Assembly: GCF_001194135.2 (NCBI RefSeq)
Contig: NC_068990.1
Span: 19,324,094 to 19,388,093 of the forward strand
Origin: Octopus bimaculoides
Lineage: Eukaryota
DNA length: 64,000 nt
Reading direction: 5' to 3'
Part shown: positions 40,961 through 52,787 of the stretch, in pieces
Position numbering within the stretch: position 1 is the stretch's first letter
Layout: the number at the start of each line of letters is the position of its first letter
Notes under the pieces: generated by a model
The model's input: only the letters and a program-made list of their open reading frames with translations
What the model was told of the DNA's origin: nothing
The model's database searches: none
Program-made: the position numbers and the translations under genes

Positions 40961-41155
40961 TATTGATTTCAAAATTTGGTACAAGGCCAGCAGTTTTGAA
41001 GGAGAGGGTAAGTCTAGTGCATTGAACCCAGTACTAGACTGGTACTAATTTTATCGACCCTGAAATGATGAAAGCAACGCTGATCTCGGTGGAATTTGAA
41101 CACAGTATGTGAAGACAGACGAAATTTTGGTCGGTGTCTTAACGATTCTACCTCC
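40961..41155 (-). mobile_element. SINE family A, tail type 2, diverged
   Basis: aaaatttggtacaaggccagca...ggtactaattttatcgaccc...ggaatttgaacacag. Confidence 0.82.
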
Positions 41156-41560
41156 TCATTTTTATATAGATAAAAAATAGCCATTATATTGCGCTTATAT
41201 ATACGATATTAAATATGTTATGCAAGAGTGTATTCAGTGACGCAACATACAATACACAATTCTTAATAAAAACACTATATGGCCAATGCGGGAAGATTTT
41301 TTTCACCTTAGATCTGCTCCGTTAGATTTTGGGGACTAAAGATCAACAAAAGCAACTCTTTGATCAGGAATTTTCTTGTGGATGTTATTTTCGAAACGTT
41401 GAAGATATTAATCCTAAAGATAACATTCTGTATCATGAAGCTCCATGTACGATGCTCATTCCACCAACCCTTTAAATGGATTAAGGCATTAAAGTTTTTC
41501 TTCATGCATATTTCTTGAGAATAGGCGCATTAAGTTATTAGACTTTTATTAGTATTTACA

Positions 41561-41891
41561 AAAAACAATTCCAGCGTGGAGGATGTTTATAAGCCATTTA
41601 AGAAAAAAAATAAGAAAAAAAAACCGTTAGATTCACTTCAACATTTAAATTTAATTTGTGTCAAAATATTTTCGTTGCTTTGAAACCGCGACCCGTTCAC
41701 TGATAAAACTTCATGCTAGGTCACGATTTCAAAGCGGCGAAAGTATTTTGACACAAATTAAATTTAAATGCTGAAGTGAATCTAATGGTTTTTGTTGTGT
41801 GATATATGACTTCTAAACATCTTCCACGCTGCCGTTGTTTTAGTTTCAGCACACGATCTCAGATCAAGTCACTTGCTATATCCCAGTAAAG
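41561..41891. mobile_element. Asymmetric foldback element carrying a hammerhead-like motif; probable Penelope-like inverted repeat remnant
   Basis: 41572-41693 is the reverse complement of 41719-41831, with weaker pairing out to 41561/41841. The foldback is seen directly. The extension to about 41891 and the PLE origin are inferences. Confidence 0.75.
41655..41708 (-). ncRNA. Degenerate minimal type I hammerhead ribozyme-like motif, G3-C8 core variant
   Basis: UUUUAUCA-GUGAACG-G-GUCGC-GGUUUCAAA-GCAAC-GAAA-AUAUU-U-UGACACAAA. The opposite arm supplies A9 and completes a 5-bp stem II. Confidence 0.5.
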
Positions 41892-42106
41892 TTTTTACAA
41901 TAATCTTTTTTTAATTATATATGTAAATATTTAATATAAAAGTAAATGTTTCAAACAAATATATTAGCTTAGAAAATAAACTTCTCTTGCAGTAGTTGTA
42001 CAACACTACCTGATATATATAGTAATTTACATTTCAAGGAAAATTTATACCAAAAGATCGTAAAATCGTGACATTTATTATAATCGATAGCGTAATTTAC
42101 AAGGTG

Positions 42107-42145
<39 letters not shown>

Positions 42146-43141
42146 TGTAATTTGTAATTTATGTAGCGATACAAATCAATTGAATTTCTACAGTTTTCGT
42201 TTTCTCTATATCTGGGTTATTTGATCATGGACAGTGGGGGCATTTTTTTATGAAGTAATAGCCAAAGCCCTTACCGTCTACAAAACCATGGTGCATTGGA
42301 TTCACAAGTTCCGTGTTTGTCGCAGGGAGTGCTTGCAAGGATTGAAAAATTCAACGCACAGTTAGCATATTTCATACATTTCTTCAATGTTCCCAACGCC
42401 ACGGTGTAGGAAGAAGAATTTTGCGGCGGCATTATATATTTCGTCATTAATAAATAGGGCTGGGGCAAAATATTTCATCACTTTTTTATGTGAAGGCCTA
42501 GTATTTGTCAGTCTGAGATTCGCAGAGAATTTCTGTTCAGAAAATATAGCAAAGGAATACTGTGTTGCTGAACTTTCAGAACTGACTGAATTAAAGGGCA
42601 AAAAGCAGTTAATTAGTTGCATTTGTCGTTTTCCATCATAGAAGAGCAAACACAACGGAAACAATTTCAGTAACATAGGGAGACAGAAGAAATAGTTCCT
42701 TGGACTCCACATGAAGTGAAAACTCGTTGAAAAACTGAAATAAAGAGGCATTTATGGTGGAAAGCAACAGAGAATTATGGTTGGCTTCAAAGGCTTGTTT
42801 AGAGAGAACAACTCGAAAACATGTGTATAATAAGATGTCATAATAGTCTACGATTGTTGAGGCTTGAAAATATGAAACAAAAAAAGAGGTTCAGAAGTAC
42901 TGATACTGCGAAATTTAATTGATTTATTTTCGCATGTTAGAGAACATTAATGTGTAAGTTAGGACCTAGTCAGGATTTTAAAATAAAGTATCAATTATAT
43001 TGAACATGAGAGTTTGTTAGAAGTTATTAAGTTCAAATGTTGTAAGGAGGGAAGGACCTAAATTTTCGGGCTCTTCACCGTCATCTCGGAGTAAGAAAAA
43101 AGAGAAAAGGTGGGAAAAAGATTGGGAGAGCTAGACTTGTT

Positions 43142-43180
<39 letters not shown>

Positions 43181-44112
43181 AAGATATAGATAGATAGAGA
43201 GAGAGAGAGAGAGAGGGGGGAGAGAGAATGTGTTAGGGAGGGAAATAATTCTGCTTTGCTTCATGGCAATTAAATTTCCATTCATCTGAGAGTGAGAAAG
43301 GGAGAGATGTTGATGTGGTTACTTTGGTTGATGGCAATTAAATTAAGGATCTTTTCTATTCATCTTAGATTGATAAAGACGAGAAAGAGAGAGACTGAGA
43401 GAGAGTGAGAGAGCGACAGGGAAATAAATAGATTCAGAAAGTGAGGGAGGGAAAGAGAAAGTGAAGTTGTTGCTTTGGTCGTTGGCAATTAAATGATGAA
43501 AGAATTCAAGCGGAGACATGATGGAGTGTCTATACTGGGAGTAGTGGTGTAGGAAGGTCTGAACAGAGTGGTGAGAGATGAATGAATGTGAGTAGGGGAA
43601 CATTGAAACAAGAATTACTGCTTGAAGGTAAAAAGAGTCAAAGTTAGAAGCTACACAAAAGCAACAGTGATGTTCTGGTAAAGAAGGGAAGAGCGACGAA
43701 AAGCTGTAACTACAGGGAGAGCGCGAGAGACAAACAGGAAACCTCTACGCACCTAGAAAGCTATTTAAGTGTGGCACGCATAAAATATTTTTATATCACC
43801 GTAATCAATACATTGATTGATTAGAGTGATATGGGAAATGAGAGACGGAAGTGAGAGATCGATAGTGTTTGAGCATCAGAATCGCCCAAGAATATTTTAT
43901 ATTTAGAATGGTCAAATAATTTGGAGAGTCATTGCAAATTCATGCAAAAAAAGGCTTCACACACATGCATACACACACACACACACACATACACTCACAC
44001 GCATACACACGAAAAGACGCACACAAACACGCGCATACATAAACATAAGGGATCTCCGTCTGTTACAAAAATGAGTATTCAGTCGTTTTTTCAACTGATC
44101 TGTGTGAATTAG

Positions 44113-44305
44113 TGACGAATGCCATAATCGTTAGCATGCCGCACAATTTTATTAGCGGCATTTGGTCGTTTTTTCATTCTCAGTTAAATTCCACTGTGGT
44201 TGTCTTAGCCTTTCATAAAATAATTACCAGTCAAGTACTGTGATCTATAAAAACGACTAGCCATTCCCCCATAATTTCCGGCCCTGTGTCTATAGTAGAA
44301 TTGAT
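44113..44305 (+). mobile_element. SINE family A, tail type 2, diverged
   Basis: atcgttagcatgccg...attagcggcattt...taaattccactgtggt...cccccataatttccggccctgtgtc. Confidence 0.75.
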
Positions 44306-44664
44306 AATTTGTACATGCCTAGTTGCGTGTGTGTGTGCGTGTGTATACATATACATATGCAGATGCCATTTGTTGATGATTTTAATGTTGATTGTCATAA
44401 AAGGAAGATTCGATAGACCATGTGAATAAATCTTTTGATTTGTTTAGTTTTAAATGTATCGTGGTACGATCAAATATTTCTGAGGACGAGTTTTTCTTCC
44501 ACTACTTTTGTTTTAATTATTCTCGTCCTCTAGGTCTCATAAGAGTGTTTACCCGGTTACCGTGCATATAAGTTACCGTTAGCATTACATTTCACTTTAA
44601 AAGGACGCCGGTGCGCAAATGATCCAAGGTCAATAATTTTTGAGTGGCAACGTGCGTGAGGTTA

Positions 44665-44800
44665 TAAGTTGATCACATCTATTCCAATGCTTGACTTGAA
44701 ATTTATTGTATCGATCTGAAGGCATGAAGAGTCAAATTTGACCTCGGCGTGATTTGAAATCAGAATGTAAACAGACGGAAAAAATTCCGCCAAGCAATTC
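44665..44800 (-). mobile_element. SINE family A fragment, diverged
   Basis: tttgacctcggcgtgatttgaaatcagaatgtaa is the reverse complement of the family A body. Confidence 0.7.
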
Positions 44801-45344
44801 GATTTCGTTAGCTCAGTTAACGCAGCAGATCTGGTCATCTTCCGCTCTTAGATATCTGTTAGACGCCATTAAAACTTCTAACACGTTCGATAGTACAATA
44901 AGTGCAGCAATGCCGTGATAACTTAAGAAATATTGCTTTCGTTTCTTCATTCAAATTTCGTCGAATTAATCTTATCCTTCCCTCTTTTTCTCTTTCGGGA
45001 TCAATCAGCAACATAATGTTGCCAATGTAATCGATTATAAGGCATGTATGATTTGCGACCGTGTCGTTGTGAGAAATAATTATTATTTTTGCCACGATTT
45101 TCTCTAATTATTGCTATTGTCTATTTGAAGCTGCGAAATGTATTAAATTCCATTATGTATCTTAATAAGTCTATTTCTGCGGAATGTGTTTATCAAATGA
45201 AATAACATTGAATGCGAAATTAGATTACGTTTGTACCCCAGAAAAATCCCCGTATTTTTCAATGTATTATACAAAACCTAGCTTTTGTTTAAATCCCCGA
45301 AGGAAGGGATTTAAAATGGTAGTGTAATTAGTGGAATAAACCTT

Positions 45345-45537
45345 TCTAATTTTGGTACACGGTCAGCAATTCTCTAGACTGGCGCAAGTCGATACGTCGA
45401 ATTCAATACTTGATTGGTAGTTATTTTATCAACCCCGAAGGTATGACAGGTATTGATGATCTCAGAACATAAAGATCGGCGAAATGCTGCTGAGTATTTA
45501 TTCCGGCGTGTTTATGATTCAATCAGCTTGCTGTCTT
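45345..45537 (-). mobile_element. SINE family A, tail type 2, diverged
   Basis: ttatcaaccccgaagg...ctcagaacataaag...cggcgtg...cagcttgctgtctt. Confidence 0.72.
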
Positions 45538-46004
45538 AGTGGGCTGATTAAGCAGTGCGTCGAACAAGTAGGACATGCGTTTATCGTCCCTGCACTTTGC
45601 ATTGCGAGTTAAAATTGACGTAGTAAGTAATCGGATAAATTCTCTCTTTCTTATGTGCTATGTAGTCGGATAGAAGTAGGTAGAGCAACTTAGTGTCCTC
45701 TTCTTCCTAGAAAAGACGTATTCAGATAGGTGGTAGAAACCTCTTCTCTTCTTGTATGTTACTAACAAAATATTAGATGTATACACCACGAAAGGGTTTT
45801 AACAAATGAGAAGAATATTATCAACCAAACAGGAAAGCTGATTGTCAGATAATTTTCGTTGCAAATTTATGGTAAACTTGAATGTTTTACAACTGGTTGC
45901 AATATATTGCTATCCAAATTGGAACGTTAACCAACCATCAAAGGCTAACCAATTCCCCACATTTTCTTTGAAAATTATTATTTTTATACATATGACTGAA
46001 TATT

Positions 46005-46300
46005 AGGCGCAGGCATATTCTTTCAGCTTCAGTCCCACTCCGCAGCGCCTCGGGCAAGTATCTTCTACTATAACCCCTGACCGACCGATATCTTGCTCGA
46101 GAATTTGGCATATTGAAAGTGACCGGAGTCCGACGCTTATACATGGTTGTCAGTGGGTTTGAAAGGTGAGAATATATACGAGTGTGTGTATGTTTGAATT
46201 TGTGTTTATCACCCATCTACCGCTTCACAATCGATGTTGGTTTGTTTGCAGTTCGTGAAAAAAAAAAAAGACCATTAGAATAAGTACCTGACTTAAGAAA
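46005..46300 (+). mobile_element. SINE family C, diverged with head deletion
   Basis: aggcgcaggc...ttcagtcccact...cgggcaagtatcttctactata...agaataagtacc. Confidence 0.7.
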
Positions 46301-46414
46301 AAAAAAAGACAAAATCCTTCGTACGAGAAGGGAAAGATTTGTCCGATTGATACTCTTGAAGTCAGTGTTCCAGTCTGACTGCAGTCTAATGACTAATACC
46401 CGCAATTATTTCCA

Positions 46415-46570
46415 TTATTTACAGTTGACGGATATTTGTCCTCATCTTGTTGTTAGCACAACGTTTTGGCCGATATACCCTCCAGCCTTCATCAGATGTC
46501 TTGGGAAAACTTCGAACCTGGGTTCTCATTCCATAGGTATTTTTCGAAGTGCCAACAACAACAACAATCA
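46415..46570 (-). mobile_element. Probable Penelope-like element terminal-repeat remnant
   Basis: Contains a minimal hammerhead motif of the kind typical of PLE pLTRs and is bounded by an (AAC)n run. The family assignment is inference. Confidence 0.6.
46455..46500 (-). ncRNA. Minimal type I hammerhead ribozyme motif, probably inactivated (G12A)
   Basis: GACAU-CUGAUGA-A-GGCUG-GAGGGUAUAU-CGGCC-AAAA-CGU-U-GUGCU. Confidence 0.62.
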
Positions 46571-46665
46571 ACTTTACACCTGTACTCAAAATTGCTGGTT
46601 TTCAACTCGTAACGATTTTGCCAGCTCGCTGCCTCACATACCAGCATAGTAGTTTACAACTCTTA

Positions 46666-46715
46666 CCCCTCTCCCCGAAATTGCTGGCCTTGTGCCAAAA
46701 TTTGAAACTAATATA
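46666..46715 (+). mobile_element. Tail-type-2-only retroinsertion (50 bp)
   Basis: cccctctccccgaaattgctggccttgtgccaaaatttgaaactaatata, flanked by the 11-bp TSD tacaactctta (46655-46665, 46716-46726). Confidence 0.85.
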
Positions 46716-46753
46716 TACAACTCTTAAAGACTATCACAAAACTGTATAATAAT

Positions 46754-46968
46754 CATTTCTAGTTGAGGGTCCAAGGCCCGAATTTTTGGGGGAGGGGGCC
46801 AGTCGATTAGGTTGACGCCAGTACGCAACTGGTACTTAATTTATCGACCACGGAAAGATGAAAGGTAAAGTCGACCTCAACGGAATTTGAACTCAGAACG
46901 TAACGACAGGCGAAATACCGCTAAGCATTTCGCCCGGCGTGGTAACGTTTCCACCAGCTCGCTGCCTT
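46754..46968 (-). mobile_element. Full-length SINE family A, tail type 2
   Basis: Perfect 16-bp TSD aaaactgtataataat at 46738-46753 and 46969-46984. Confidence 0.95.
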
Positions 46969-47404
46969 AAAACTGTATAATAATATATTAGAGCACATTA
47001 ATACAACCAGCTAATTACATAATAGAAGACAAAAAAACAAATACATAGTATTATAGTAATATTTTAAAACAAATAGATAAACAAATGCTTAAGAACGAAG
47101 TACTTGTCTGTAGGAATCCTTAAATTACGTTCCATTCTGGGTTTACCATGTTGATATTTTGCTTCTATTCCAGATATAATACTTGTCTGGATTATTGATT
47201 ATAAATTTGCTAGTTTTAATCCTAGAATTTACTCTGTTTGAATATGTGCATATATGAAAGATTAATGACGGTTTAAATAGAACTCAAATGGTTAGCTCCA
47301 TTGAATTTCTTTTAGTGGATTTTAAAAATGGAGATCAGACATTAGAATTAGCACAGACATGTCTATATGCTTCAGAAGATCGCTTTACACCCATGAGTGT
47401 TTGG

Positions 47405-47500
47405 GCTCGGTACAACTGCGGGGCAGTTTTCACTACAAAACCGTGCTGATCAATGTTTTATGGGTGAATCTGGTTTGTGGAAACTGTCAGAAAATCGTTG
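47405..47500 (+). mobile_element. Old SINE family C 5' fragment
   Basis: gggctcggtacaactgcggggca...gtgaatctggtttgtggaaactgtcagaa. Confidence 0.55.
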
Positions 47501-47560
47501 TGTACATACATACATACACACACACACACACGCACACACACACACACACACACGCACACA

Positions 47561-47789
47561 TCTACTATGGCTTCGGGCCGACCAAAGCCTTGTGAATAGG
47601 TTTGGTAGACGGAAACTGAAAGAAGCCCGTTGTATAAATATATGTATATATTTGTGTGTCTGTGTTTGTCCCCCCATCATCGCTAGACAACCGCTGCTGG
47701 TATGCTTACGTCCCCGTAATTTAGTGGTTCGGCAAAACAGACCGATAGAATAAGTACTAGGCTTACAAAGAATGACTCCTCGGGTCGAT
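47561..47789 (+). mobile_element. 5'-truncated SINE family C running into a gap
   Basis: tctactatggcttcgggccgaccaaagccttgtg...cgggtcgat, then N. Confidence 0.92.
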
Positions 47790-48745
47790 NNNNNNNNNNN
47801 NNNNNNNNNNNNNNNNNNNNNNNNNNNNNNNNNNNNNNNNNNNNNNNNNNNNNNNNNNNNNNNNNNNNNNNNNNNNNNNNNNNNNNNNNNNNNNNNNNNN
47901 NNNNNNNNNNNNNNNNNNNNNNNNNNNNNNNNNNNNNNNNNNNNNNNNNNNNNNNNNNNNNNNNNNNNNNNNNNNNNNNNNNNNNNNNNNNNNNNNNNNN
48001 NNNNNNNNNNNNNNNNNNNNNNNNNNNNNNNNNNNNNNNNNNNNNNNNNNNNNNNNNNNNNNNNNNNNNNNNNNNNNNNNNNNNNNNNNNNNNNNNNNNN
48101 NNNNNNNNNNNNNNNNNNNNNNNNNNNNNNNNNNNNNNNNNNNNNNNNNNNNNNNNNNNNNNNNNNNNNNNNNNNNNNNNNNNNNNNNNNNNNNNNNNNN
48201 NNNNNNNNNNNNNNNNNNNNNNNNNNNNNNNNNNNNNNNNNNNNNNNNNNNNNNNNNNNNNNNNNNNNNNNNNNNNNNNNNNNNNNNNNNNNNNNNNNNN
48301 NNNNNNNNNNNNNNNNNNNNNNNNNNNNNNNNNNNNNNNNNNNNNNNNNNNNNNNNNNNNNNNNNNNNNNNNNNNNNNNNNNNNNNNNNNNNNNNNNNNN
48401 NNNNNNNNNNNNNNNNNNNNNNNNNNNNNNNNNNNNNNNNNNNNNNNNNNNNNNNNNNNNNNNNNNNNNNNNNNNNNNNNNNNNNNNNNNNNNNNNNNNN
48501 NNNNNNNNNNNNNNNNNNNNNNNNNNNNNNNNNNNNNNNNNNNNNNNNNNNNNNNNNNNNNNNNNNNNNNNNNNNNNNNNNNNNNNNNNNNNNNNNNNNN
48601 NNNNNNNNNNNNNNNNNNNNNNNNNNNNNNNNNNNNNNNNNNNNNNNNNNNNNNNNNNNNNNNNNNNNNNNNNNNNNNNNNNNNNNNNNNNNNNNNNNNN
48701 NNNNNNNNNNNNNNNNNNNNNNNNNNNNNNNNNNNNNNNNNNNNN

Positions 48746-48791
<46 letters not shown>

Positions 48792-48924
48792 GGGTATAAG
48801 GATGAAGAAAGATTGTGATATTTCTTAAACGCAGAAATAGACAGCCTAACACATTCAGTGCATCTCTCTATAGTTTCTGCAATTACTCTGAAGATAACAC
48901 TCCTAATTAACATTAATTCCAATA

Positions 48925-49070
48925 AGAATACCGGTTTCTACTAACTACGCAAGTTAACATTTATTGAAGGGGTGTAGTCGATTGACTCGATTGCAGTGAA
49001 TTTAATGATCCTTGTTTCCTTCAGAAAAGTACAAAAGGGAAAATCGAATCTTGTATAATTTGAAGAGAAA
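48925..49070 (-). mobile_element. Very diverged SINE family A tail-2 fragment
   Basis: ggtttctacta...gaaggggtgtagtcgattgactcg resembles the reverse complement of tail 2. Confidence 0.45.
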
Positions 49071-50050
49071 GCCTAAATGTTCAGTAAGACCAGCACTAAA
49101 CCAATGCTAATGTCCAATACTGCTATTATAATCAACATCAAATAATAAGGCTTAAACTCTGAAAGATGCCTTTCCATAATAATAAGCAGAGCAAATGAAA
49201 TGACATATTATAATCAAATGTTATACAGAAATCATGCGAAGTCGAAAATGTGTAAATCAACAACGACATCTAAATTGAAATGGGTAAGAATTTGGCAATG
49301 AGAAGAGAGAAAGCAAGTTACCAAGAATAAATGGACCCATATCGATCGCTTCATCTCACATCTCAGGAGACGAGGGAACATTATTAGTAGTACATTGGTG
49401 TCAGAAAAAATTGATTATTCGTTACTGAAAAGAAATGTGATTGTCCCTTGTACCAAAAAAAAAAAAAAAAAAATTAAAGCACAATACGAATATTAATCTC
49501 AATAGTGCATCGATGATCTTTTTCTTTTAATTCGTAACAAGGTTGAATGTACAGGGCTGCTAGTTTATATTAGTGGCACAAGGACAAATGAAAATCAGTC
49601 TGGTTTGATATGAAATGAGAATGTGATAGAGGATCCCAAACGTGGTAGGCAATTAATCCTGCATTTTAGCGTACTTACAGGGCCCAATTTTGAAAAACAA
49701 AAATTGTTCGCAATAACAAAATATCTTCCACACAAAATGTAAGAAAGATTGCTACTGGCTAAAACTAATGAACGTAGTCGAAACTACCTATTTATCGGCT
49801 GTCATTAACAATGAATCTTGTTCTTATTTCTTAAACATTCATGTTAATACATGCAAGTGGGTAGTCATTTTGAGAAAGGAAAGGAAAACATACTTTGTAT
49901 ACAATTGGTACTGAACCAAAAGGGAATGGATTTGTAAAACATGACAAGAATTCTCCAGGGACTGAATTTTAAAGCGTAGGCGAAAAATTGGATGTTTTAC
50001 AGCCAATAAAACATTTCTATTGAATTAACACCCGTCCAACGTATGATAAT

Positions 50051-50076
50051 ATCTCTCTCTCTCTCTCTCTCTCTCG

Positions 50077-50130
<54 letters not shown>
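50051..50130. repeat. (TC)n microsatellite
   Basis: Seen directly. Confidence 0.95.
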
Positions 50131-52241
50131 TTTCCTCCTTTCATTTTTTTTGTTATTTCCCCCCTTCTCTGTTTTTCTTTGTTTCTTTTGCTTTCTTCTA
50201 CTAACATCTCACTCCTCTACATTATTACAGAAATGTATTATGACCCCCGTCAAATAATCTCTAATGAAACAATGTTATTAAATTATAACAGCAACAAAAT
50301 ATTCCTTTCTCACCGTCTTTGATTAGATAACATTTAAAAATTCAAATCAAAGAAATTTTGAATTTGCATTGGAATTTTCTTAATTGTATAAACCCTGAAT
50401 AGTCGACATGAGTTTAATTCTCTCTGTGTTCAGTTTTTGTTTTTGTCCATTTTGAATACTTTAATCCATCTCAGTGTAATTGTGACGGGAACAGTTCGTC
50501 GCTCTGAACAACGTATGTAATATGAAGTTGTCTCGTTGACTTGCTATGTTCCATCTGATTCATCTTCTTTTTACAGGGAGTACCTCACCGCCTTTGTTAT
50601 CTTCTCTACATTAATAGCACTTATTTTCCTTTCCGTTGATCATCAAATGTCGGCTTATTAAGTCAAGTCTCTGACAAATCACACATTAATACGAGTAGAG
50701 ATAATAAGAAATTTATTGATTCAGTTCAACTGAGAATTAATGTTTATGAAAGGGTTCTCAATAGAATGCATACACATTTCTAAACGCTTTGACTAACTCC
50801 TCGAGTCCATATTTCTAGATAGATTTAGTTGTCGAAGGCATGGAATATAATACTTTCGAAGTGACTATAATTATAGAAATACCAGTAGAGGTTGCAACCC
50901 ATCAACGTGATCAGAATTACACACTTTTGTTGTAACCTTAAGTAGAATTATAACGCTGAAGAAAATGGCATTGTATACGATGTATGTAACACATAAACAG
51001 TTATCGACCAATTCTTACATATAAATAATACTACTGTGATTTTTGTAAGCCACTGAGAAGTAGAATAAACAGAAAATTCTATTGATAATTTGATCTCGTC
51101 TCTATAGTTGAAGTACTTGTGAATGTATTTGATATAACTCTAACAATAGATTACAAGAGAAGTGTGATAATGTTAGTGAAACGAAGTATACAAAAATTAA
51201 ATAGATTTTTGCATTCGATACCTGAAACAACAGACGATCAGAATGATATTGGTATGACTACGTACGTTCTATATTACAATGAACTGAAATTTAATATATT
51301 TTTAAAGAATACCTAATGATAAAAATCAAGTTGATAATGAAATTCGGTTACAACTTACTTTTTCGAAGATTGCCTTCGATATATTAGAGAGATTACAGAT
51401 TAAGTTCAGTGCACAAGCCCACTTTCCGTCTGTCTCATTCGATCACTTTCTCTCTCTCTCTCTCTTTTATCTCTCCCCACCACTCTGTCGCTTTCTCCCT
51501 GCATGAGGTACATATAGGCATATTCGTAAATCATTTATCATTATTGTACACACACACACACACACGTTCACACACACATATATATATATAGAAAGAGAGA
51601 GAGATTCAACAACATCTAGACACATCCACAGGCATAATGCAAGAACTGGCTTGGTATGATAACATAGTTCATAGACAGGTAAGTGAGGGAAACAACAATG
51701 ATGGTATCAAGTGTTGGAAAGATACTGCAAGATATATGTTACAAAGTTAACTTGAGTGGCAAATCGATAATGATTTCCCTGTATGGTCACACAGTCATAC
51801 TCACGAGGTATTTCATTGCAGTCCGTCTGGCGTTGAGCTGTCATTTTGAAAATAGATGAAAATATGAATTTGTGGATACATGTGTTGGATCAGTCAAAGT
51901 CTAACCTACGTTCAGATCCATCGGCTATGAACATTGTTTTTCATATGTCGGCGTCCGTAAAGAAAATGCCAGCCCAAGTTAATAAATTGGCGGAAACTTT
52001 AGAGCAACAGTGGGGGTTTGTAGCTTAATAACAATATATTTTCATTCTGACGACAAGGTTTGCAATATCGTGGGTCCAAGAAGTATTAGCCTTCCCTTTC
52101 TGCTTAGCGATATCGGTAGCACAATAATATCGAAATGGGAAAATTGAAGGTAACCATTAGTTTTTTAAAATATTCCGCGCCAAGGATGGGTCTGAGTATA
52201 TAAGGTTCAATATGCAGACACTCATTTCCTTTATAGATATC

Positions 52242-52277
<36 letters not shown>

Positions 52278-52427
52278 GACACGCATCCACACATGCACAC
52301 ACATGCGCACACATACACACAAAATACATAAAGATATATACATATACATAAATAATATAAATATATATATTTATATTTATGCGTTTGTGTGTATCTATCT
52401 ATCTACCTATCTATCTATCAAATATAT

Positions 52428-52476
52428 TTGTATTTTGTCCCCTCTGTGTTGAGCCCTGTGTGGCTAATAAAGAAAC
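52428..52476 (+). mobile_element. Tail-type-1-only retroinsertion (49 bp)
   Basis: ttgtattttgtcccctctgtgttgagccctgtgtggctaataaagaaac, flanked by the 17-bp TSD ctatctatcaaatatat (52411-52427, 52477-52493). Confidence 0.88.
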
Positions 52477-52608
52477 CTATCTATCAAATATATATATATA
52501 TATGTATTTATATATATACATGTATTATATATATATTATATGTATACAAACATATATAGATATATCTGTATATTCAGACACAAACACACGCATACACAGA
52601 TATATGCC

Positions 52609-52643
<35 letters not shown>

Positions 52644-52747
52644 GGAGTGAGAGAGAAGTATATGCATATGTATATATCAATTGTGTGTGCACGGGAGAGG
52701 CATCGGTACTTCGAATCTTTAAGCATAGTATAATATTTGTGTGTGAG

Positions 52748-52787
<40 letters not shown>

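Noticed and set aside
42255-42720. YEVIAKALTVYKTMVHWIHKFR (HTH-like) and WTPHEV (WVPHEL-like) on +
   Set aside because: Spacing is inconsistent with mariner, there are no TIRs, and similarity is too weak.
50550-50660. Strong acceptor (tcttctttttacag) followed by a hydrophobic 27-codon frame
   Set aside because: T-rich DNA gives both features by chance; no donor or homology.
51630-52028. CAG|GTAAGT donor at 51679, an RTE-like LAWY..IVHR...WKD peptide, and a Tc1-like tail in ORF 51846-52028
   Set aside because: No good acceptor for an exon, and protein similarities are below what I can support by eye.
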